Assembly: GCA_951406725.2 (NCBI GenBank) | Contig: OX597834.1 | Coordinates: forward strand, 31,000,001 to 31,064,000 | Origin: Octopus vulgaris | Lineage: Eukaryota | Length of the DNA stretch: 64,000 nt | Direction of reading: 5' to 3' | Shown: positions 54,304-64,000 of the stretch, in pieces | How the letters are laid out: the number at the start of each line of letters is the position of its first letter | Position numbering within the stretch: position 1 is the stretch's first letter | Notes under the pieces: model-generated | The model's input: only the letters and a program-made list of their open reading frames with translations | Database searches by the model: none | What the model was told of the DNA's origin: nothing | Translations under genes and position numbers: made by a program

Positions 54304-55320
54304 TTGGAAACAGGTGAGGGTTGGTGACAGGAAAGGCGTCTGGCTGTAAAAAATTGGCCTCTCAATAAATTCTGCCTGACCCCAGGCACACACACACACA
54401 CACACACACGGAGTATCACATATAAAGAAAAACAAATTCACATACAGAGAATGTTAGTGAGAGAGAGAGGGGGGGGGACAGTTGGTGACAGGGAGAAAAA
54501 GAAAGAGAGAGGGTGAGAGAAAGAGGAGAAAAAAAGAGGGAAAGAAAGACAGGAAATGAGAGAGGGTAGAAAGAAAGAAAGAGAATGGGAAGAAAACGAG
54601 AGAAAGGAGAAAGAGTGAGAGGCACAGAAAGAGAGAGAGAGAGAGAGAGAAACATGAAAATATATTAAAATGAACTGAACTGACACAAATATGTTTTCTC
54701 TCCATGAGTCGTCTGGTAATTGTGATTAGAAATTTAACAGTGACGTAGAATGAAGACAAAATTCTCTTGGCTCCAAAACGTCTCAACATGAAAATACAAC
54801 CCGGTGCCAAATGGATTCGGTGCCAAAATTAAGTGGTGCTGAATCAGCTGTACCAAGACATCCCGAATCTTAAGATTTGGGTTGGTTAGGCATGGCTGTG
54901 CGATTTAAGCTGTTTCCTTCCCAATGTGATGTGGTTTTGAGTTCAGCCTCACTGACTGATCTGGACATTCGATCAAGTGTCTGACCGACCAAATCCTCAA
55001 ACTCCTATAAGTGGATTTAGTAGATAGAAACCGAAAGAAGCCCATGCAAATAAGTAACTCCACTTCTCTGAAGCTGGATTTGTTGTGTATAGAAGCAGAT
55101 TGGTTATTTGCTTCTTTGGGATTGATCAAGTGATGTACAAGTCACTGATGAGACTTCAATAAGTTTAGAAAATCGAATAGTTAAATATGCCATGTGTATA
55201 TGTCTACAGCATAGATTTATACATACTTTGAAACATATACAGCCTGTTGTCCCATTTGACAGGCTGTTGGTGTTAAAGTGTTAAACCTTCAGCATTCAAA
55301 TTAAATGTAATCCTTATTTA

Positions 55321-55713
55321 CTCTTTTACTTGTTTCAGTCATTTGACTGCGGCCATGCTGGAGTACCGCCTTTTGTCGAGCAACTCAACCCTGGGACTTA
55401 TTCTTTTTGTAAGCCCAGTACTTATTCTATCGGTCTCTTTTTGCCGAACCGCTAAGTGACGGGGACGTAAACACACCAGCATCGGTTGTCAAGCAATGCT
55501 AGGGGAACAAACACAGACATACAAACACACAGACATACATATATATATACATATGTACAACAGGCTTCTTTCAGTTTCCGTCTACCAAATCCACTCACAA
55601 GGCATTGGTCGGCCCGGGGCTATAGCAGAAGACACTTGCCCAAGATGCCACGCAGTGGGACTGAACCCGGAACCATGTGGTTGGTAAACAAGCTACTTAC
55701 CACACAGCCACTC
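55321..55713 (-). mobile_element. Full-length SINE family A
   Basis: Near-identical to 27392-27797. Confidence 0.9.
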
Positions 55714-56130
55714 TTGCACCTATCCACAAAGCCACTCCTGTGCCTATCCACATTTCATACAAATCAATCCCATGGTATCTTGTAGCTTCAAAATTTTGAA
55801 GATGTGATTGTCGGGTAGGTGTTAGAAGCTGGATCTGGCCAGTTCAACATAGAACAAATAGAATATTTGGGTTGGATGTGGCCGATTCAAATGCTAAGGG
55901 GTTAAACACTTATAGTATGCAAATTAGTAGGTCAAGTTGTCTGAAGCTGGTGGATTTATTGAGCATATAACAGGTTGGTTGTTGTTTTATCTCGGACTGG
56001 TCAATTGATGGAGCCACCTTTGGTAAGAAGCCAGTAAGGTTTGAAAATTGATTAAGGCTGGTCATTTTTTTTTTCAGTCCACATAAAAATAGTTAAAGTT
56101 GAAACTATTGTTGTATGTCTGCTTTGTAGG

Positions 56131-56181
<51 letters not shown>

Positions 56182-57451
56182 CTTTAAATCTTTAATTGTA
56201 TCAGCTTTAAAGCTGTGGTCATGTTGGGGCAAAGTTATCAACTATTTTTCAAAAATTCTTTAGAAAATGGAATCACACAAACCTTTTGGAATGAAGTTCT
56301 TGTATTGTGTGTGTAAGCGCTTTTCTTGTTCACTTCAAACACTAATACTGTTTTCCTAAGATTTAAAAAAAATATTTAATGGCTTTTAAGAAGATTTTTC
56401 ATCAAATATTATATTTATCTCATGTATTATAGTCAAAAACTTTCAAACACATACACATGTACACACACAGGCACACATACAAACACAAATATGTGTGTGT
56501 GTGTGTCTTCATCTTGACATTGCATGACAGTTGTAAACAAGTGTCACTGTTATACAAGCAGTGTCTTTCGTTTCCAAACTTCTGTGGCAATACATCTGAT
56601 CGTGGCAAAATATTATGTCGCTTGGAAAGATGTGAGGGTTGGTGACAGGAAAGGGCAGCCAACTGGAGAAAATCTGCCTGAATCAGACAATCACAGAAAA
56701 GTGGATGGTCAAAAAAAATAAAATAATGATATTGTTGATGATGATGATGATGAGGGTATTGTTGGTGATTATGGTGATGAAGATGATGATGATGAAGATG
56801 ATGATGATGATGATGGTGACGGGGGTGATGGTAATGATGATGATGGTGGTGGTGAAGGTGATGATAATGATTATGATGATAACGATGGTGATGATGGTGA
56901 CAAGGGTGATGGTAATGATGATGATGGTGGTGTTGATGATGGTGATGATAATGGTGGTGAAGATGATGGTGATGATGGTATTGGTGGTGATGATTATTAT
57001 TATGATGATGGTGGTGATGGTGATGACGATAGTAATGATGATGATGGCAATGGTGATGATGGTGACGATGGGGTGATGGTAATGATAATGATGATGGTGG
57101 TGGTGATGATAATGATAGTGAGGATGGTGGTGGTGGTGGTGATGATGATGGTGATAAACTTAATAGTTTTCCCTTTAGCAAGCAGGTTTTTGTTTTGACT
57201 ACCATTCATTAAAACACTGAGAGTGTTGTGTTGTGGCTGACATCCTTTGTAAAGTTGTTATTGTTGTTGTTGTATAACTTCAGACAGCCTCAATTCAGCT
57301 CTCCTTAGGAATGGTGGTGCTTGATTGAACAATGAGGTGAGACTTGCAGATCTTTTGTTTAAGAGGTACCTTGTCTGAATCAAGTCCTGGTCCTTACAGC
57401 CCACCGAGGCCAACACACGGGGGGAAAATGATATAGGGGGTCAACTGTGAC

Positions 57452-57600
57452 CCGAGGTTGACTTTGCCTTTCATCCTTTCGGGGTCGATAAATTAAGTGC
57501 CAGTTACGCACTGGGGTCGATGTAATCGACTTAATACCTATGTCTGTCCTTGTTTGTCCCCTCTATGTTTAACCCCTTGTGGGTAATAAAGAAATATGTA
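57452..57600 (+). mobile_element. SINE family B 3' half
   Basis: ccgaggttgactttgcctttcatcctttcggggtcg..aataaagaaata. Confidence 0.85.
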
Positions 57601-57997
57601 TTTGCCCTTATTTGTGATAAAATAGATTACCTCCCTTCCACCTCTTAGCTTCCATGTGTTTTGGGGTCACTAACTGTCATCTTTGTACACGCACACACAC
57701 ATACTTACATACAGTTAAATATACATTCACATGCATATATACATTCACACACTTACACACACACATACACCCATACTTATACATACATACAAATGCATAC
57801 TTACATAGACACATACATGTATAAATACATTTATATACATATACGTAAGCATATGTATATGCATACATCTTACAAGCATATATAATAACATGCACACATA
57901 CATATACATGCATATGTACACATGCATGCATACACATACATATAGTGATATGACGTATACTTACACACATATACACATACAGACAAATACATACATA

Positions 57998-58399
57998 TAT
58001 TTCTTTACTGCCCACAAGGGGTTAAACATAGAGGAGACAAACGGATTAAGTCGATTATATCGACTCCAGTGCATAACTGGTACTTATTTAATCGACCCCG
58101 AAAGGATGAAAGGCCAAGTCGGCCTCGGCTGAATTTGAACTCAGGACGTAACGACAGACGAAATACCTATTTCTTTATTACCCACAAGGGGCTAAACATA
58201 GAAGGGACAAACATGGACAGACAAAGGGATTAAGTCGATTATATCGACCCCAGTGCTTAACTGGTACTTATTTAATCGCCCCCGAAAGGATGAAAGGCAA
58301 AGTCGACCTCGGCTGAATTTGAACTCACAACGTAACGGCAGCCGAAATACGGCTACGCATTTCGCCCGGCGTGCTAACGTTTCTGCCAGCTCGCCGCCT
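57998..58399 (-). mobile_element. Tandem SINE family B (one full plus one partial copy)
   Basis: The unit repeats at 57998-58167 and 58168-58399. Confidence 0.85.
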
Positions 58400-58477
58400 T
58401 CAAATACATACTTACATAGACACACAAATACATACAAATATACAAACATATATATAATCATACAAACATACATACAT

Positions 58478-58684
58478 ACATACAGGGCATCCTGATATGA
58501 AATACTGTCATAGACACACAAATACATACAAAAATACATATATATATATACAATCATACAAACATACATACATACATACATACATACAGGGCATCCTGAT
58601 ATGAAATACTGTCATAGACACACAAATACATACAAATATACATACATACATACATACAGGGCATCATGATATGAAATACTGTCT
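58478..58684. repeat. Three tandem copies of a ~70-100 bp unit
   Basis: catacagggcatc.tgatatgaaatactgtc occurs three times. Confidence 0.85.
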
Positions 58685-58934
58685 CTGAAAAGTCCTGTCC
58701 AACTCTTGCCAGCATGGAAAAAAAATACAAAAAAAAATAAATAAATAAAGACGGCACTGTTCACACACACACACGCAGAGATAATTATGGAAAATATGCA
58801 TTATTATTTGTGTGTGTGTTCATTCGTTTCCCCCTATCAGTTTTTGAGAACGACACGTTTCGTTGTTCTGACACATATAGTGTTGTCAACAGATGGATAT
58901 TATCTGTCCACTCACACACAGTCATATAGATGTT

Positions 58935-58969
<35 letters not shown>

Positions 58970-59152
58970 CACATACATACACGCGCGCGCAGGCGGCACA
59001 TGTATCTGGATCAGTTAGGCTGTTAGTGTGTATGCGTGTGTGTGTGTATGTGTGTGAGTGTCAGACACATGTAGGCACACACGACATTTATATCCCGAGG
59101 ATAAAGCTATGGCGAGATATTGATAAATAAGCAGACAGACAGATATATATAT

Positions 59153-59207
<55 letters not shown>

Positions 59208-59214
59208 TACATAC

Positions 59215-59255
<41 letters not shown>

Positions 59256-59410
59256 CAAATAGATAGATTGATAGATAGATAGATAGATAGATGAGGGATG
59301 GATGGATGGATAGATAGATAAATAGATAGATAGATAGATAGATACTGTCGGATAGGCAGGCAGTGACAGATAACTAGATTGCAAAATTCTGTATGTATGA
59401 ATATGATTGT

Positions 59411-59452
<42 letters not shown>

Positions 59453-59558
59453 ATGTCTGTCCGCCCGTCCATTCATCTATCCATCCATGCGTCTGTCTGT
59501 CTATCAGCTCGCCCGTCCGTCTGTCCATCCATCCATCCGTCCGTCCGTCCGTCCGTCC

Positions 59559-59604
<46 letters not shown>

Positions 59605-60219
59605 ATGTATGTATGTATGTATGTATGTATGTCTGTCTGTATGTATGTATGTATGTATGTATGTATGTGTGTGTGTGTGTGTGTGTATGTTCGTTTGGTT
59701 ATAAAAATAAGAAAAAAGCACATTCAAAAAAGGTGATGTAGTTTTTAGTCGTTCGAAGGCGTTGTACAGTGTACGATTGTTCAAGCGACAAAGACGGTCG
59801 TTCCGGGTTCGATTTCCGTGCGGCACTTTGAGCAAGTGTCTTTCAGCTGTAGTCTTGGATGGGCCAATATCCGAGAGCGATCGGGCGGAACTCTTTCCGA
59901 GCGATCTTTTATTAACAGGTGAGCTGGCAGAATTGTTAGCACGCCGGAGAAAATGCTTAACGGCATTTTGTCCGTTTTTACTTTCTGAGTTCAAATTCTG
60001 CCGCGATCCACTTTGCCTTTCATCCTTTCGGGGTCAATAAAATAGGTATCAGTTGAGTACTGGAATCGTCCCATGAACTGGCTTTGTGCCAGAATCTGAA
60101 ACCGACATTTTGTTGACAGAAATAATGCCAAAGCCGGCATAGACTGATTTTTACATACATACGCATGTACATACAAATACATGCACACACATACACACAC
60201 ACACAAACACACACGCACA

Positions 60220-60408
60220 CGAGGCGGTACCAAAAAGTTCCTGGCTTTAAAGGTGTCGCGAAAGGCCTGGTTAGGGACCCTATCTTCCGAGTTCTTTACA
60301 GAGCTTAGAAAAACTGAAGTACCGCTGCAATATGTGTGTGATTCCGAGAGGGGAATATGTTCTGTATTTTCTTTTACCCAAAGCCAGGAACTGTTTAGCA
60401 TTCCCTCG
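60220..60408. mobile_element. Mariner-type MITE
   Basis: Imperfect TIRs cgaggcggtaccaaaaagttcctggcttt / aaagccaggaactgtttagcattccctcg, followed by TA. Confidence 0.7.
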
Positions 60409-60542
60409 TACACATACACACACACACACATATATATATATCAATAATAACAAAGGGTAAAATTTATTAAGAAGTAATCAGTAATTTTACCAAGTAGAAT
60501 TCGGCATGAAAAAAGACCAATTCATGGTAAGCTTAAGTAATT

Positions 60543-60772
60543 CTTTATAATTAGGGTTCAGCAAAGATTTGCCTCACCACATACCGAAGTTTAGAAATAG
60601 CAGTCAAAAAATCTTAGCTATTCCTTCTACTTTAAAAGGGACTCCCTTTCAGGTACTTTGGTTTCTCTGGGAGTCCTTTTTAAAGTAGAAGGAATAGCTA
60701 AGATTTTTTGACTGCTATTTCTAAACTTCGGTATGTGGTGAAGCAAATCTTTGCTGAACCCTAAATATAAAG
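60543..60772. repeat. Inverted repeat, 104-bp arms, 22-nt loop
   Basis: 60543-60646 is the reverse complement of 60669-60772 with about 3 mismatches. Confidence 0.95.
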
Positions 60773-60781
60773 TATATATAT

Positions 60782-61033
60782 ATACAAAATTTAAAGGACT
60801 GACCACTAAAAGTGGACATTCAACATGCTAGATATAGACATCAAATCGCTATTTTCCACAAAGAATATGTTCTCAAACGTATATTTTCATTTGTCTTGCT
60901 TATTTTTAATGCTTTGGTTTGTGCTGAGTTTTTTTTATTTGAGAACATATTCTTTGTGGAAAATAGCGATTTGACGTCTATATCTAGCATGTTGACCGTC
61001 CACTTTTAGTGGTCAGTCCTTTAAATTTTGTAT
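60782..61033. repeat. Inverted repeat, 96-bp arms, 60-nt loop
   Basis: 60782-60877 is the reverse complement of 60938-61033 with about 3 mismatches. Confidence 0.95.
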
Positions 61034-61115
61034 GTAAAAATATTTTAATCGTCGGATGTTTTTAATATGCTAGGCCACTGGTTTTAATTGATTAACATCA
61101 ATTTCTACCCTCATT

Positions 61116-61590
<475 letters not shown>

Positions 61591-61624
61591 TATATGTGTG
61601 TGTGCGTGAATATATATATATATA

Positions 61625-62023
61625 TCTTTATATATAAAAGTAAGGTTGTGTGCTGTCTGTCTCCTACGATTTAGATTCCTAACTACTCCCACATTTTGCG
61701 GTGCAGTTTAACCAAAACCGGGTATCTTATAGTCGTGATTCATATCGAGCCCTTCTGGGTATTAGTGCGCGTCTACGATGAGTCTACGATTAAAAAAAAA
61801 AATTACCATAATTTTTTTCCATTTTAATGCATTTTTTCGCTATTATATAAGGGAAGTAACTCTAAAAATGTCTACGATAAGTCAACGATTAAAAAAAAAA
61901 TTTACCATAATTTTTTTTCCACTTTTAATGAATTTTTTTGCTATTTTTTGGCTATAACTCTCTAAAAATGCTTATATAGTTATTTCCCTTACAAACCCGA
62001 GCAACGCCGGGCGATACTGCTAG
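61625..62023 (+). mobile_element. Non-autonomous Helitron
   Basis: A|TC...cccgagcaacgccggg...CTAG|T, inserted in (TA)n. Confidence 0.92.
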
Positions 62024-62066
62024 TATATATATATATAATCAAAATAAGCAACAAGAATGACTCCGG

Positions 62067-62159
62067 TAATTTGGTACGATCGTTTCGTACTACATCATTT
62101 TATTAAACGTTTTAAGTATTACAACAGATTTAAGTTGCTGAGTACTCATCAGCCAATTA
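62067..62159 (-). ncRNA. Type I hammerhead ribozyme with complete catalytic core
   Basis: Minus strand: taattgg-CTGATGA-gtact-(49 nt)-agtac-GAAAC-gatc-GTA-ccaa(a)tta. All core nucleotides and the G10.1-C11.1 pair are present, and helix III is the palindrome ACGATCGT. Confidence 0.8.
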
Positions 62160-62661
62160 TAGAGGTTTTCCATTAATACAAAAATTTTCAAATCAGGTGG
62201 CAACATTATAGAGAAGGTAGATATATAGACAAAGATGTGGATTTGAATGTTAAGAACATATGAGATAGTAGAGTCCACTGACTGACTAAAATCTGGTTGT
62301 TCTGACTATAATATATATATATTATACACATTATATTATTTTTGTAATTTACTTAATCTTTACTTTTTATTGTTATTTAATTTTAACTTTTCTATTATAT
62401 GTAATTTTCTAGATGGTGTAATTTAATTATTCATTTTGAATTGATAAAAGGTGTTTTTTTTTCTTATATTTTATATATATATTGTATTGTGTGGAATTTG
62501 ATTTAGTATTTCTTAATTGAATTCTTTTTCCTTGTAAGTTTGGATTTTATTCCCTCAAATAATAATTATATATATATATAATTATAAAGTTAATCCAAAC
62601 AAGACAGCACAAAAAACAAAACAAAAACACAACAACGCGAGGACGTGGAACAAATAATATA

Positions 62662-63054
62662 TCTTTATATATAAAAGTGAAGTTGTGTGTCCTCCTACGA
62701 TTTAGATTCCTAACTACTTCCACATTTTGCGGTGCAGTTTAACCAAAACCGGGTATCTTATAGTCGTGATTCATATCGAGCCCTTCTGGGTATTAGCGCG
62801 CGTCTACGCTGAGTCTACAATTTAAAGAAAAAATTACCATCATTTTTTTCCATTTTAATGCATTTTTTCGCTATTATATAAGGGAAGTAACTCTCTAAAA
62901 TGTCTACGATGAGTCAACGATTTTTAAAAAAATTACCATCATTTTTTCCCCATTTTTAATGCATTCTTTTGCTATTTTTTGGCTATAACTCTCTAAAAAT
63001 GCTTATATAGTTATTTCCCTTACCAACCCGAGCAACGCCGGGCGATACTGCTAG
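62662..63054 (+). mobile_element. Non-autonomous Helitron
   Basis: Near-identical to 61625-62023, with A|TC ... CTAG|T. Confidence 0.92.
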
Positions 63055-63282
63055 TTATTATATATATTCATACAGACATACTCGGAGTACCGATAGAGAT
63101 TAATCTCAACGAGGTGTGTATGTGTGTATGCATATTGTATATACCGTATTTATTCCTGCATAAGTCACATTATATATTTGATTTTAGCTAAACACAACAA
63201 ACTAGGGTTACCATCTTATTCACAGGGTAAAAGTTAAAACTGGGAAGGGAAAAAAAACTGTACGAAGAATTAATAGTAAATA

Positions 63283-63359
<77 letters not shown>

Positions 63360-63396
63360 CATATATATATGCAAACACTCACACACATATGTACGT

Positions 63397-63694
63397 ATTA
63401 CATGGTATCAGGGTATCGACCAGACTGTCGCATGTTATACATCGCTGGTCACTATGCACTTTGCATTGTTTTAGCTTTCGATTGACGCCACCCCACTGGC
63501 TTAGGTGAACAGGCCAACATTGACTCCTGAGCAAAAAGCCAGTGTATTGCAGGGTGACCCGTTTACAGCTGAGTGGACTGGAGCAATGTGAATTGAAGTG
63601 TCTTGCTCCAAATACACCACGCACCACTTGATCCGAGAATCGAACCCATGATCTAGTGATTGTGCATCCTAACCACAATGCCACGCGCCTTCAC
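63397..63694 (-). mobile_element. tRNA-derived SINE (family C-like head and CORE-like body, different tail)
   Basis: gtgaaggcgcgtggcattgtggttagga..gggttcgattctc..ggagcaagacacttc..gctccagtccactcagctg. Confidence 0.75.
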
Positions 63695-64000
63695 ACACAC
63701 ACACACACACAGAGTTATGGGGATGCATATCTATCTCTCTATTTAAAACTAGTCTGAGAAGTGCCAAAAAACGAAACTCTCGGCCCTTGAGTTACTCAGC
63801 TGCTTTTGCTAAATATTAACGTATGTATGTGTGCAAATACTGCTTTTTCTCGTGCGTAAGTTGCACTATTTTATACTTGATTTTAACCGAAAAACCTGGG
63901 GTGCGGCTTATACACGAGTTAATTCAGAAAACATATGTAAATATGTGGATTAGAGAGGTAGAGAGAAAGAGCAGGAAGATATTAAAAAAGGAAAAAAGAG

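Noticed and set aside
55145-55185. CTGATGA-gactt/aagtt-ta-GAAA hammerhead-like motif
   Set aside because: Two-nt insertion before GAAA and no helix I or III pairing.
56420-57205. 261-aa His-rich ORF
   Set aside because: Degenerate (GAT/GGT)n microsatellite with no splice or start context.
63140-63920. Pogo-like ends (taccgtattt.. and ..gtgcggcttatacacgag)
   Set aside because: Only short fragments; no matched TIR pair within the window.

Overview
AT-rich, repeat-saturated animal genomic DNA. The SINE families and dense (TA)n/(CA)n/(CATA)n/(ATC)n/(TAA)n microsatellites suggest an octopod cephalopod; this is inference, not a database result. Almost all ORFs in the track are microsatellite artefacts. 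I see no complete gene and only one credible internal exon (12504-12629, +). The window holds many tRNA-derived SINEs, and LINE relics of RTE, RTE-BovB, R4/Dong, CR1 and possibly Tx1 type. It also holds a Penelope-like RT relic, Tc1 and Merlin transposase relics, Tc1/mariner and hAT MITEs, four non-autonomous Helitrons, a Helentron-like element and an interstitial telomeric tract. The most interesting signal is a set of type I hammerhead-ribozyme motifs. One has a complete core (62067-62159), two are near-complete (12900-12955, 23541-23620) and several are degenerate. They have short, often palindromic helix III and frequently enlarged helix II, and several sit in short (TA)n-flanked elements, which suggests Penelope-derived or retrozyme-like RNAs. 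Three long near-perfect foldbacks (38301-38586, 60543-60772, 60782-61033) are also present. All calls were made by eye, so boundaries of decayed elements are approximate.
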